Below, piece after piece: positions 9,778-19,013 of a DNA stretch of 64,000 nucleotides (the first letter of the stretch is position 1; each line of letters opens with the position of its first letter). The position numbers and the translations under genes are program-made. The stretch is from a virus (Duplodnaviria > Heunggongvirae > Uroviricota > Caudoviricetes). The notes under the pieces were generated by a model. That model was not told the origin of the DNA. It did not search any database and saw only the letters and a list, made by a program, of their open reading frames with translations. The DNA lies in IMG/VR virus record IMGVR_UViG_3300028833_000001, positions 127,171 through 191,170 of that record; one strand, 5' to 3'.

Positions 9778-10074
9778 TCAGTTACACCTTGCCAATCTAA
9801 TGACACTATCTTCATAGACGTCAATGATTTCCCAATCCTCATTGTTCATCGTGTCACGCAGAACTGTGTCGGTGGAGATTAGATAGAAGAATATCACTTC
9901 ATCAAAGGTATTGTCACCTGCCAATTTGTCATATTCTTCTTCCGTGCAATAACACATTGTGACACGTTCAGTCTTTCCGTTGTCCTTGAATTTGATTTCA
10001 CAATCAAATGTGAAAGGTGTTGTCGGGGAAGAGATAAGGACATCAGCTAATTTGGTTAAAATTTCTCTATTCAT
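9778..10074 (-). CDS. hypothetical acidic protein
   Basis: 98-aa ORF. Confidence 0.4.
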   Translation of the reverse strand: MNREILTKLADVLISSPTTPFTFDCEIKFKDNGKTERVTMCYCTEEEYDKLAGDNTFDEVIFFYLISTDTVLRDTMNNEDWEIIDVYEDSVIRLARCN

Positions 10075-10086
10075 TGTTTATGGGGT

Positions 10087-10626
10087 TTATTGGTGATTAA
10101 AATTGATGATTTCCTGCGTGTAATCTTCGGCAATTTTGGAAAGTTTGAAATAATCTTCCCACACGTCATCCTCAAAGCTTAACCCATTTACTACACAAGT
10201 TTTGCAGTATTGGGTATCAATGTATTTGACGTGAATGTACTCATCGTGTGTTTCAATTTTGATATTGATGGAATAGCCTTCATTATTGGCTTTATCAACG
10301 ATATTGGCAATTTCATCGCAATCATAAAAACATACATAGTCATTATCGCCAAACAATTCGATTGAGCGCATAAACTCGGTAAATTCTTCGCACGGCATAT
10401 CGCACAATTTTTGAAGAGCATCAACCTGCTCTTCGTTTTTCTGATTGGCAGGTTTTTCTTCACCAACATATTTGAATGACGCACTATAATACTCTCCAAC
10501 GCAGTTTATCTCATCAGCTAATCCATCATAAATAACGTCAAGCGACCCATTATCAATTAGACGTTCTGTATCCGCCAAAGCCTCAGTTACGCGATAATCT
10601 TCCGCTTGAATTTCAACTTTAATCAT
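10087..10626 (-). CDS. hypothetical acidic protein
   Basis: 179-aa ORF with the promoter motif upstream. Confidence 0.5.
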   Translation of the reverse strand: MIKVEIQAEDYRVTEALADTERLIDNGSLDVIYDGLADEINCVGEYYSASFKYVGEEKPANQKNEEQVDALQKLCDMPCEEFTEFMRSIELFGDNDYVCFYDCDEIANIVDKANNEGYSINIKIETHDEYIHVKYIDTQYCKTCVVNGLSFEDDVWEDYFKLSKIAEDYTQEIINFNHQ

Positions 10627-10671
10627 AATTCTAAATTTTAATTGTTACTATTAATTTGTCATTAATCTATA

Positions 10672-10688
10672 TGCAATTATCGTGCCAA
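10672..10688 (-). promoter_or_regulatory. sigma-54-type -24/-12 promoter motif
   Basis: TTGGCACGATAATTGCA, 46 nt upstream of the ATG at 10626. Confidence 0.5.
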
Positions 10689-10691
10689 ACC

Positions 10692-11462
10692 TCACTCTTC
10701 ATACGAAATCACACGAGGCAGTCCGTTCCTTGAAAGATTCTCATAAATTTGAGTTTCATCGGGATTTATATCCTCCGCAAGTGTCAACGCTTCTTCTTCT
10801 GTATGCGCCTCCACGACAAATTCTTCTGTTGTGGTATATTCAACTTTGATTGTGTATTTCTTTTTGGGGGTTTCCAACTCTTCGAAATACTCATTAACTT
10901 CTTCCCGCGACATTTCCGTAAACCACGGCTCAATCTCCTTGTAATTGGTAGGGATGGTATCGGAGACCTCAATCAAATCACCTTTCCACGTTCCAACCAT
11001 TTCCATAAGTGTACCATTGTAGTCTCCACCACCACAACCATTTCCATCAGCAGTAAGAATTGGAAGAGGATGAGCAATTCCGCCCCAACCTTTCATATCG
11101 GGAATTGTCTGCTTTTTGAGGTCAAACCATTCCTTTTTGTCGTGATTGATATAGATGGTATTGTCATCAAGCGCGCGCTTCACAATAGAGATTTCGATTT
11201 CATCTAATGGGTCAACTTTTTCCGCCTTATAGGTCAAATCATAGTAATTATCATTACCGATAACGGCATCGCCATAATCACCTGCCCAAACAAGTCTTTT
11301 AGGGCATTCAATCATTTTGTAGGTAACATTCATCACGAACTTATTACCAATATACGAATGCTCCATTAATTTAGAACCATTATTTGTGTCCCAAGAATCA
11401 AAATATTCTTTTACATTGTCTTTTTTTTCTGTGATGAAACACGCTTTATAATATTGTCCCAT
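10692..11462 (-). CDS. hypothetical protein
   Basis: 256-aa ORF with the promoter motif upstream. Confidence 0.5.
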   Translation of the reverse strand: MGQYYKACFITEKKDNVKEYFDSWDTNNGSKLMEHSYIGNKFVMNVTYKMIECPKRLVWAGDYGDAVIGNDNYYDLTYKAEKVDPLDEIEISIVKRALDDNTIYINHDKKEWFDLKKQTIPDMKGWGGIAHPLPILTADGNGCGGGDYNGTLMEMVGTWKGDLIEVSDTIPTNYKEIEPWFTEMSREEVNEYFEELETPKKKYTIKVEYTTTEEFVVEAHTEEEALTLAEDINPDETQIYENLSRNGLPRVISYEE

Positions 11463-11538
11463 AATTTTAATTTAATTTGTTAATACTAATTTTAATTGTT
11501 TTTAATGAAAGTTGGGTACGCAAACGCGTACCCTATAT

Positions 11539-11555
11539 ACGCAATAATCGTGCCA
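11539..11555 (-). promoter_or_regulatory. sigma-54-type promoter motif followed by the palindromic hairpin
   Basis: TTGGCACGATTATTGCG, with the palindrome GGGTACGCGTTTGCGTACCC immediately downstream (11513-11532). Lies 77 nt upstream of the ATG at 11462. Confidence 0.45.
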
Positions 11556-11556
11556 A

Positions 11557-11901
11557 TTATGCTGACCAAACGCAATACATAATTCCTTTGCAGATTCCGT
11601 TTTCAGCACCAATTAGAAAATCGGGATGGGAAATAGCACCAAGACCAAGAACAATGTCAGAGTATTCGTAACGCTCATCGTAGGTCAATGGAGAGACATA
11701 TTGCGGCAACTCAACAATAATGTATTGGTCTGTTGTGATGCAGGTTGGGTTTTCAAGTGTGTAGCAATCTATGGCTTCGTAACCAATGTCAAATATGAAA
11801 TCAACTTCTTTCCATTCGGAAGATGTTTCGGTTTTGAGATTATTTTTTTCGCAGAAGGCAATGATTTTGTCTTTTACTTCTTGGAATTTTTCACTTGTCA
11901 T
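11557..11901 (-). CDS. hypothetical protein, paralog of the 9022..9720 C-terminal domain
   Basis: Shared C-terminal motif. The start was set to an internal Met to avoid overlap with 11921..12280. Confidence 0.4.
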   Translation of the reverse strand: MTSEKFQEVKDKIIAFCEKNNLKTETSSEWKEVDFIFDIGYEAIDCYTLENPTCITTDQYIIVELPQYVSPLTYDERYEYSDIVLGLGAISHPDFLIGAENGICKGIMYCVWSA

Positions 11902-11920
11902 ATTGTCTATGGATTTAAGG

Positions 11921-12280
11921 TTAGTAAGCGTATTCGGGGATTTTTTCAACGTAATTGTCAATGACTTCTTGAATGTTGTCGCAATAGCATTCATCAACGC
12001 GGTGTTTTAGGTTTCCGTGTGTGGAGACAAACTCCACCTCATAGTAATCCATATAGTTATAAATGACGTGGACGTACCCTTTGAATTTCATACCATTGAC
12101 CTTGAAACGAAGGCAGGGATTGCCTTTTTCGGTCACGGCATACACAAATCCGTGCGCTCCCCAAGACCAATAAACGTGGACATTTGGGTATTTGATTTGG
12201 CTCATAATCGTTGAGGTGATAGTCTTTGCGTCCTCAACTTGACGCTTGGTCTTCGGTGCTACTAACTTGGTTGCTTCCAT
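11921..12280 (-). CDS. hypothetical protein
   Basis: 119-aa ORF with the promoter motif 42 nt upstream. Confidence 0.5.
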   Translation of the reverse strand: MEATKLVAPKTKRQVEDAKTITSTIMSQIKYPNVHVYWSWGAHGFVYAVTEKGNPCLRFKVNGMKFKGYVHVIYNYMDYYEVEFVSTHGNLKHRVDECYCDNIQEVIDNYVEKIPEYAY

Positions 12281-12321
12281 TTCAATAAATTTTAATCGGT
12301 GAATAAATACGTTGTGCTATA

Positions 12322-12338
12322 TGCAAAAAGTGTGCCAA
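12322..12338 (-). promoter_or_regulatory. sigma-54-type -24/-12 promoter motif
   Basis: TTGGCACACTTTTTGCA, preceded by the upstream GTTGTGCTATA element. Confidence 0.5.
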
Positions 12339-12339
12339 A

Positions 12340-12702
12340 CTATTTCACAATAATCATTTCCTCAACGAACTCTAATCCATCAAGTTCTGCGTGTGCAACA
12401 TCGTATGTTTCACCACTATTATAGCTGCAAACTTCAAATCTTAATGTGCCGTCTTGGTCAATGTAAGCACGTTCCAAAGCCACTTCTTCAACCTCATCAA
12501 ATGCGGTGCAGATAACTCTCGGATAAAAGCAACCGTCTTTATCGTTAAAGACATATTCCTTATTAGGCAGGTTTTCAATTTTCGCCACAATATCTTCGCA
12601 GGTCATAGTGTGTGCAGCCACTTTCAAATCAATTGCAGAAATATTGTTCTCTCTTACGAACTTCACAATGGCATCGTTGCTCATTAAAATATCGGTTGTC
12701 AT
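12340..12702 (-). CDS. hypothetical acidic protein
   Basis: 120-aa ORF. Confidence 0.5.
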   Translation of the reverse strand: MTTDILMSNDAIVKFVRENNISAIDLKVAAHTMTCEDIVAKIENLPNKEYVFNDKDGCFYPRVICTAFDEVEEVALERAYIDQDGTLRFEVCSYNSGETYDVAHAELDGLEFVEEMIIVK

Positions 12703-12751
12703 AATCTATAAATTTTAATTGTGAATACTAAATTTGTTTGTACAGCATATA

Positions 12752-12768
12752 TACAAATACCGTGCCAA
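12752..12768 (-). promoter_or_regulatory. sigma-54-type -24/-12 promoter motif
   Basis: TTGGCACGGTATTTGTA, 50 nt upstream of the ATG at 12702. Confidence 0.45.
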
Positions 12769-12844
12769 ACTTATTATATATGGTTTTTATTGATATGACA
12801 TAATGGCACGACAAAATGGCAGACTGACATTTTGGCATATAAAA

Positions 12845-13040
12845 AAATAAAGGGTGTGACGGAGTATACTCTCCTACTCATTTTAAGTGTGACGGAGTAT
12901 ACTCTCCTATCCATTTTACACACATTTAATCCAATGTTCAGCCCTTTTCGGAGCGACCCGCTCCTTACTGCCCCTATGTCCTATGCTATTATGGCGGTTT
13001 CATTGCTGATGATTTAAGTTAGACAATCAGTTTACAATTC
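12845..13040 (-). ncRNA. candidate small non-coding RNA downstream of a perfect-consensus promoter; contains a 2 x 33-bp tandem repeat and a GGAGCG..CGCTCC hairpin, and ends in a T7 run
   Basis: There is no minus-strand ORF of 60 aa or more between the promoter at 13047-13063 and the next promoter at 12752. The repeats GTGTGACGGAGTATACTCTCCTA(C/T)(T/C)CATTTTA lie at 12854-12886 and 12887-12918. Confidence 0.35.
12854..12918. repeat. 33-bp direct tandem repeat, 2 copies, each with an internal GGAG..CTCC hairpin
   Basis: Seen directly in the sequence. Confidence 0.8.
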
Positions 13041-13046
13041 TCTATA

Positions 13047-13063
13047 TGCAAAAAGCGTGCCAA
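13047..13063 (-). promoter_or_regulatory. sigma-54-type promoter motif (perfect consensus) with no protein gene downstream
   Basis: TTGGCACGCTTTTTGCA, part of a ~65-bp cassette repeated at 13955-14030 and 18940-19015. Confidence 0.5.
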
Positions 13064-13107
13064 ACCCATATTAGGAATGGCACGCTGACAACAATTAAAA
13101 TTAAGAT

Positions 13108-13923
13108 TTATTCTTCATACGGGCATTCAGTATCATCCTGCACATTAACGCAGGTGTCAAAACAAACACCATTGGTTTCACCTCTCTTGAATTTATTGAT
13201 TGCCTCTTCAATGGCGGCATCATCATCTCCATCTGCATCAATAACAACTCTTGTTGTCAGTTCAAATGTGACAAGTTTGGCAGTCTTTGGTGACTTTTTG
13301 TCAAAGGTGATGATTGTAGGCTTGTTTTCCTTTTCACACATATCTATTGTGGCATATAACTTGCCGAGGCTATCTTCATAATCACTTCCCTTATACATTT
13401 TAATCTTGTTATCAATGAGGTCAAATTTGAATTTCCAATGAATCTCATATCGTTTTGTCTGTGTGCCATCCCAATAATAACTGATTGGCTTCAAACGGAA
13501 ATGAGTGGTGTTGACATAACTATTAACACGTACATACTCAAACTCCAATGTAGTGCAAGAATGGGTAAAATTCAAATCATCATAGGATATATCGGCAATA
13601 CAACCGATATTAAGTATGTTTTCATTATATCCGTGTATAAACAATGAATATTCTTCATCGTTTCTTAATGCGAGGTTTAATGTCTTATATAGACCACCTT
13701 TGTATTCATTTAAGAGTTTGTATGACGATACCTCGCCAATGCCAGCGATTTCAAGCATAAAACAAATTCCACAACCACGAACATAATCTAATTTTCTTGT
13801 TGATTTGTTAAAGTAAAAATAGCAAGGTCTTTCGTTGAGTTCAACAATTCTTGCTTCACGGACTTCTCTGCCGTTCTCACCTTTGATGTTTGCGTAAAGA
13901 ATAATGTCATTGATGTTTGTCAT
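13108..13923 (-). CDS. hypothetical protein
   Basis: 271-aa ORF. Confidence 0.55.
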   Translation of the reverse strand: MTNINDIILYANIKGENGREVREARIVELNERPCYFYFNKSTRKLDYVRGCGICFMLEIAGIGEVSSYKLLNEYKGGLYKTLNLALRNDEEYSLFIHGYNENILNIGCIADISYDDLNFTHSCTTLEFEYVRVNSYVNTTHFRLKPISYYWDGTQTKRYEIHWKFKFDLIDNKIKMYKGSDYEDSLGKLYATIDMCEKENKPTIITFDKKSPKTAKLVTFELTTRVVIDADGDDDAAIEEAINKFKRGETNGVCFDTCVNVQDDTECPYEE

Positions 13924-13969
13924 ACTTTTTGAATTTTAATTGTAAATATTAATTTGTCACTACCATATA

Positions 13970-13986
13970 TACAAAAAGCGTGCCAA
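13970..13986 (-). promoter_or_regulatory. sigma-54-type -24/-12 promoter motif
   Basis: TTGGCACGCTTTTTGTA, 47 nt upstream of the ATG at 13923. Confidence 0.5.
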
Positions 13987-14027
13987 ACTTATTATGAGTG
14001 ACACGCTGACAACAATTAAAATTAAGA

Positions 14028-14885
14028 TTATTCAATGTATCTCACCTCAACCTTTCCTTCCCAAATGTCATCACCATCCCTCTTATCGTAAATCGTGTAC
14101 TTGGTTGAATTTGAATCTGCGGTTGACATTTCAAATATTTCATCTTCGTCATAAAAAAGGCTAAAAAGGTTATCCACTTTTTTCTTTTCCTCAATCAAGG
14201 CGTCAGAGGCATCGTCATATTCTTCAAAGAGACGAAATGCAAATTCGGGAGAAAAATGCCCTCCGCCATACCACTTTGATGAAAATGCCCAAACCTTTTT
14301 ATGGTTGAACAACGGTTCGTTAGGGTTGTCAATGTTGTACTTGATTTGGTATTGGATAATCATTTCACCGTTGATAATCTTTGCCAAGTGGCAAAGACCA
14401 ACTTTATCGTAAAGATAGGCTACCACTTTTTGTAACTGCTCACAAGAAAGTCTAACACCACTTGTTAGTTTTTTTGCCGCTACAAATGCCATTGTTCTGT
14501 GGAGTTTATGGTTTATAAACTTTTCAATCTCATTGTAATCGTCAATATTCGGGTATTCTTCCGTGTTATACTCACTCACAATGTCATAGATAATGTCATA
14601 GTAAAGGCTTGCCTCAACCACATTTTCGCAGTAGTGTTCAACAATCTTGTGCGCAATAAAATCGTGCAAACTCATCTCAACCTCATCAATTGTGGCTTCG
14701 CATACGTTTTGAATGTAGCACCCATAATCGTTCTCATCAACAACGAAGTCAATAGTGCTTGATGACCCAATTGCATCATCAACTTTCCCTTTCATATAGA
14801 TTTGTGCCAATTTCATCGTTGGATGTACCTCAACCTGCTTTTCGCTGTTTTTCAAATTCGTGAAAGTCAATACATAAATTTTCAT
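14028..14885 (-). CDS. hypothetical protein; its C-terminus resembles that of 19864..20760
   Basis: ...DIWEGKVEVRYIE compares with ...DVWEGRIRKIYVQE. Confidence 0.55.
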   Translation of the reverse strand: MKIYVLTFTNLKNSEKQVEVHPTMKLAQIYMKGKVDDAIGSSSTIDFVVDENDYGCYIQNVCEATIDEVEMSLHDFIAHKIVEHYCENVVEASLYYDIIYDIVSEYNTEEYPNIDDYNEIEKFINHKLHRTMAFVAAKKLTSGVRLSCEQLQKVVAYLYDKVGLCHLAKIINGEMIIQYQIKYNIDNPNEPLFNHKKVWAFSSKWYGGGHFSPEFAFRLFEEYDDASDALIEEKKKVDNLFSLFYDEDEIFEMSTADSNSTKYTIYDKRDGDDIWEGKVEVRYIE

Positions 14886-14932
14886 AATCTATAAATTTTA
14901 ATTTGTAAATAATGAATTAACGTGTTGTGTTA

Positions 14933-14949
14933 TGCAAATAATGTGCCAA
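14933..14949 (-). promoter_or_regulatory. sigma-54-type -24/-12 promoter motif
   Basis: TTGGCACATTATTTGCA, 48 nt upstream of the ATG at 14885. Confidence 0.5.
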
Positions 14950-14952
14950 ATT

Positions 14953-15531
14953 TTAATTCAACCGTGCGACAAGTTTTCCACAATACATCATCACATCACC
15001 ATAGTGGATTTTTTCATCATCGGGCAAGCCACGATACTCTCTGATAGCATCTACCATAGCCTCATCTTTGACAACCTCAGCCATTTTCGGATAAGTCAAA
15101 ATAATAGTGGATGGGTCTGTTTTTTCAAGTGCGTAAGCAAGAGCAGCACCATCGGCACACTCAACAGTATATTCGTGTTCTTCATCATCACCGAAAAAAT
15201 CATTATCGCAGAACATCACACTGTCTTCGCGGACAACACCACTTGCACATTGGTCTGACACAATGTCAGAATTGTCATCATCTGCCAAATTGTCATCATC
15301 ATAGGTTTCCTCAATAAAGTCGGCTGTTGCTTCTCCAAACTGAAATTCTCCGTTAGGGATTTCAACATATTCGGGAAATTCCGATAATGTTTCACAATTC
15401 AGTGCTTCATCTGCCTTGCACAAAGCGTCATACTCACTATCAGCCTTGACGTTCATATACCCATTATAAACGCAGGAGAGGCTTACACGATAGGTCTTTT
15501 GGCTCTTCTTGGTTTCGTTCTTTTTTGCCAT
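14953..15531 (-). CDS. hypothetical acidic protein
   Basis: 192-aa ORF. Confidence 0.5.
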   Translation of the reverse strand: MAKKNETKKSQKTYRVSLSCVYNGYMNVKADSEYDALCKADEALNCETLSEFPEYVEIPNGEFQFGEATADFIEETYDDDNLADDDNSDIVSDQCASGVVREDSVMFCDNDFFGDDEEHEYTVECADGAALAYALEKTDPSTIILTYPKMAEVVKDEAMVDAIREYRGLPDDEKIHYGDVMMYCGKLVARLN

Positions 15532-15564
15532 AATTCTAAAATTTTAATTGTTCACTATACTCTA

Positions 15565-15581
15565 TGCAAATACTATGCCAA
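15565..15581 (-). promoter_or_regulatory. sigma-54-type promoter motif (GC to AT variant at -24: TGGCAT)
   Basis: TTGGCATAGTATTTGCA, 34 nt upstream of the ATG at 15531. Confidence 0.4.
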
Positions 15582-15615
15582 AATTGCAAGATAGCCTTTC
15601 TCTCGGTGCTTATCT

Positions 15616-15882
15616 TTAATTATTTTCAATGTATTCTTTAACCATTTCAATTGCATCATCCAAATTTCGGGCATTTCCGATGGCTTCGTTCTCAATGCTT
15701 GGTTTTGATGAGTAATTGTCTGGCTCAATCACTACCGAACAATATTTATCATCACGGAGTATCACGTTTCCGTATGCAACACATAATTTGTTCCACGCAG
15801 TTACATATACCTTTAACGTGTATATATTGCCGTTTCTTTCAATGCTGATTGGTAAGGATTCAATGCTATTCATATTATTCAC
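15616..15882 (-). CDS. hypothetical protein
   Basis: 88-aa ORF. Confidence 0.4.
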   Translation of the reverse strand: MNNMNSIESLPISIERNGNIYTLKVYVTAWNKLCVAYGNVILRDDKYCSVVIEPDNYSSKPSIENEAIGNARNLDDAIEMVKEYIENN

Positions 15883-15923
15883 AAATCATTTTAATTTTTT
15901 TTTGTCGGTTTTTAAGTTATTAA

Positions 15924-16214
15924 TTATTCTTCATCCCAATTTGGCTCTTCCTCATAGGCATAGGTGCAAAGGTACATAACCTTTTTCGGTATTGTAATCG
16001 TTCTATCATCTCCTATGTCCATTTGTTCCCAAGATACGATATAAACAACCGATATAGAGAGAATTTCAACATTCTCCCCAAGTCTTTGTTTGAAATTCCA
16101 TACAATAGGGTTTTTAACCGCCTCGTTGCCGTAATTTCTGCGGATTTCTTCTTCGTTATGGACATAATAGTCCATCATACACATATCAGTTGCGACTTTC
16201 TTTATGTTTGCCAT
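15924..16214 (-). CDS. hypothetical protein
   Basis: 96-aa ORF. Confidence 0.4.
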   Translation of the reverse strand: MANIKKVATDMCMMDYYVHNEEEIRRNYGNEAVKNPIVWNFKQRLGENVEILSISVVYIVSWEQMDIGDDRTITIPKKVMYLCTYAYEEEPNWDEE

Positions 16215-16224
16215 AATTCTAATT

Positions 16225-16431
16225 TTAATTGTTGATAATATGTGGATATATGAAATTGTTTAAGATTAACCAATCACTTCCGCTATTCGCCAACTCACAA
16301 AATTCTTGCAATGTGAATATGTCACAATACTTTTCATTTGCTAATTCATATCTTTCATTAGATGACATTTTATCCAATTCTTCACGCTCAAAATCATCAG
16401 CACAAAATAATAAAATAATCGTTTTTTCCAT
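16225..16431 (-). CDS. hypothetical acidic protein
   Basis: 68-aa ORF. Confidence 0.35.
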   Translation of the reverse strand: MEKTIILLFCADDFEREELDKMSSNERYELANEKYCDIFTLQEFCELANSGSDWLILNNFIYPHIINN

Positions 16432-16445
16432 ATTTATCCTAAATT

Positions 16446-16865
16446 TTAATAGTTAAACAATTTCAAGGCACAATCCAATTCGTTTTTTTCATTGTTTAAT
16501 ATCAATAATTTGTTTCTCACCTCATTGTAACGTTTTGTTAATTCTTTTTTTATTGCTTTAATCCTGCCATCCTTATATTCATCTTCTTCTTCTTCCAATC
16601 TAACCCAAAAATATCTATTGCATTGGTCAACAATTGAGTATGCTTGCAATTCAAATGTATGTTTGCCGTTCTCCATAGGGTATTCATACAATTTAGCATT
16701 ATCAATATCATAATCTTCGGAATTAATTTTAGTAAAGCAAAGATAATGTTTGATGATTGCGTTAGAACTATTGTCGTTGGCAAGATTGATATTGTATTTG
16801 TTCAATATCTCCAAATCCCAATCAACCCTTTTATTAAACTCTTGTATAAAATTTTCTATTGTCAT
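16446..16865 (-). CDS. hypothetical protein
   Basis: 139-aa ORF with a degenerate motif at 16882-16900. Confidence 0.45.
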   Translation of the reverse strand: MTIENFIQEFNKRVDWDLEILNKYNINLANDNSSNAIIKHYLCFTKINSEDYDIDNAKLYEYPMENGKHTFELQAYSIVDQCNRYFWVRLEEEEDEYKDGRIKAIKKELTKRYNEVRNKLLILNNEKNELDCALKLFNY

Positions 16866-16898
16866 AATTCTAATTATTATATTTCCCCTATATACAAA

Positions 16899-17233
16899 TC
16901 ACCAAATTTTACGAAATTTTGTTGTCCGTATTCTGCGTCCTACACCATAGTTTTCGTTGTGTACTCTTTCATCTTTGCAGATATAGACATCGCCAACAAG
17001 AATGGGATGCCCGAAACGAGGTACATATTCATTGTTCATCAACGATTCTTTGATATGAGGAAACAATTTATAAAAGTTTCCCCATACATTTTTGTTTCGT
17101 TTCAACGATGGCACTCTTATATTATATCCACAACTACAAGGTGTTCCGCTTGTGTTGTAGTAATCTTTGTTGTCCCGTCCTTTCTTTTCGTTATAAAAGA
17201 CAGTAGGATATTTTGCTCTTATTTTCTTTTTCA
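16899..17233 (-). CDS. hypothetical basic protein
   Basis: The track ORF starts with TTG inside the promoter motif, so the start was reset to the first ATG (VMKKKIRAKYP...). Confidence 0.4.
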
Positions 17234-17261
17234 TCACTTCAATTTTTATTCGTTTGCTATT

Positions 17262-17278
17262 ATACAAAAACTATGCCA
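17262..17278 (-). promoter_or_regulatory. sigma-54-type promoter motif (TGGCAT variant)
   Basis: TTGGCATAGTTTTTGTA, ~29 nt upstream of the ATG at 17233. Confidence 0.4.
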
Positions 17279-17555
17279 AAAGTTCCCTCAATGCCGAAAT
17301 AGTTTCATTGAATACTGATATTTTCTCTTCGTCAGTCATTCGGCAAAATGTCTTACCGAATTTGTATTTTGGATTATTATCCATTTGTTCAAGGCAAAGG
17401 TAATAAATAAATGGCGGATATTCACGCTCATTCTTACTCTTCAAAACCTCATCAAGCTCATTCTCCGCCAATGATATTGCCTTGTTGAAACAATCCTCGT
17501 CATTATCCAAATGATAGTTACGGACTAAATGAAATAAACTATTTTCGTTTACCAT
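17271..17555 (-). CDS. hypothetical protein
   Basis: 94-aa ORF. Confidence 0.4.
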   Translation of the reverse strand: MVNENSLFHLVRNYHLDNDEDCFNKAISLAENELDEVLKSKNEREYPPFIYYLCLEQMDNNPKYKFGKTFCRMTDEEKISVFNETISALRELLA

Positions 17556-17556
17556 A

Positions 17557-17787
17557 TTATTTCAGTTTTTCCAATATTTCTTCAATTCTTACACAATCTT
17601 TCGCATCAGCCAACCCATATTTATCCAACCTGCGAAATTCAATCTCATCACCATTGCAGATGTCGGCAACATAATCAACACCCAACGCTTGCGACACCTT
17701 TGAAGATAAAGATTGCATTGCAAGTTCAAGTTCGTTGCTCTTCTGCAAACACTTGGCATACGCTTTATTTATTTCACTCTTTGTCAA
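17557..17787 (-). CDS. hypothetical protein
   Basis: 76-aa ORF. Confidence 0.4.
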   Translation of the reverse strand: MTKSEINKAYAKCLQKSNELELAMQSLSSKVSQALGVDYVADICNGDEIEFRRLDKYGLADAKDCVRIEEILEKLK

Positions 17788-17796
17788 TGTGTTGTG

Positions 17797-18177
17797 TTAT
17801 TTTGTTGTGTACATATCCTCGGTGGCTTCCAATGCAAGCCCCATAGGAATTAAACCATAGTAATCAAAGTGATTGGAATTTAACCAATGTACCCAATTCA
17901 CTGCGTTTCGGTAATTGAAAATAGAGTTGGAATTGATAAATTTGTCATATTCGTATCTCTCCTCCATAGTCATAGATGACATTGGTCGTAGGTAGGGTTT
18001 AACATCAGTTAAATATACGGAATAGCAATCATCGGTTCTAAAAGAAATATTTGGGACTATACTTAAAATGCCTTGAATTGTTTGTGGTGTGTCGTGCCCT
18101 TTTACAAAAATTTTTACCCCATAAGGCAACATTGCACAAATGACTTGTAGTAACAATTCTTTTTCTTCTTGTGTCAT
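17797..18177 (-). CDS. hypothetical protein
   Basis: 126-aa ORF. Confidence 0.45.
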   Translation of the reverse strand: MTQEEKELLLQVICAMLPYGVKIFVKGHDTPQTIQGILSIVPNISFRTDDCYSVYLTDVKPYLRPMSSMTMEERYEYDKFINSNSIFNYRNAVNWVHWLNSNHFDYYGLIPMGLALEATEDMYTTK

Positions 18178-18220
18178 AATAATCTAAATTTTAATTAACG
18201 TTTGTTTTGAATTTTAATTA

Positions 18221-18478
18221 TTACAAATTATCCTCATCAGTTTCATTGTAGTCAGCGAGGCATCGTTCAATTGAAATATGAGCATCGCCAAAGCATATTT
18301 CATCATCCTTAAACGTTTCCCAATCGGTGATTGCCGTTTCTTTTATGTCCTCCACAACGTCATACAAATAATCTTTCGCAATGGTTTTTGCCTCTTCGTT
18401 GTCACATCCGAGACTTGTTTCGGCAAAGAAAAAAATCTCATCTTTTACCAATTCAATTTGTCTTTTTGTCAGTTCCAT
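18221..18478 (-). CDS. small hyper-acidic protein
   Basis: 85 aa with more than 30% D/E. Confidence 0.45.
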   Translation of the reverse strand: MELTKRQIELVKDEIFFFAETSLGCDNEEAKTIAKDYLYDVVEDIKETAITDWETFKDDEICFGDAHISIERCLADYNETDEDNL

Positions 18479-18496
18479 ATCATTTGTGTTTTTGGT

Positions 18497-18922
18497 TTAC
18501 AAATATTGCAGGATGGTGATGATTGCCTCACGCTTTTGGTCCTCATCATAAATCAAAATCTCCTCCGCATCCTTATCTGTGTATGGATTTCCGCTCCAAA
18601 AATAGATGTCAGCTCCGTTAGTAGTAACATTGGTAATTGTCGCTCCGTTGCATTTGATACCAAAATCTTCAACTGACAAATTGTCAGTATCAAACTCATC
18701 GAATTGGTCTCTCAATTCACATTCCAAGTTGAAAAGGCTTCGTTCATCGTCCCAAATTTCCATCAAGTCATCTCTTGTCTCCGCATCCTCAACGGAGCAG
18801 AGTTCAACAAAATCAAATTCAGCAGGGATGTTCATCATCTCAAATTTGCTTTTTATTTCAGCAATGGAGTCACCACTAAATTTCTTTGCCACTCTAAAAG
18901 TTACGATTGCTTGTTTTTCCAT
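18497..18922 (-). CDS. hypothetical acidic protein
   Basis: 141-aa ORF with the promoter motif 35 nt upstream. Confidence 0.5.
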   Translation of the reverse strand: MEKQAIVTFRVAKKFSGDSIAEIKSKFEMMNIPAEFDFVELCSVEDAETRDDLMEIWDDERSLFNLECELRDQFDEFDTDNLSVEDFGIKCNGATITNVTTNGADIYFWSGNPYTDKDAEEILIYDEDQKREAIITILQYL

Positions 18923-18956
18923 ACCATAAATTTTAATTGGTTAGACGCACCATATA

Positions 18957-18973
18957 TACAAAAAGCGTGCCAA
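18957..18973 (-). promoter_or_regulatory. sigma-54-type -24/-12 promoter motif within a repeated cassette
   Basis: TTGGCACGCTTTTTGTA. The flanking AATTGGTTAGACGC and CACGCTGACAACAATTAAAATTAAGATT are shared with other copies. Confidence 0.5.
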
Positions 18974-19013
18974 ACTTATAAAGCAGGCACGCTGACAACA
19001 ATTAAAATTAAGA

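Noticed and set aside
10749-11207. Plus-strand ORFs overlapping minus-strand genes across 3-25 kb (e.g. 10749..11207, 16644..17318, 23261..23569, 13046..13381)
   Set aside because: They lack promoter or start context and have low-complexity composition. The minus-strand genes have the conserved promoter and pre-ATG elements.
12854-12918. CRISPR array
   Set aside because: There are only two adjacent repeat copies with no spacers. No other direct-repeat/spacer structure and no cas genes were found in the window.
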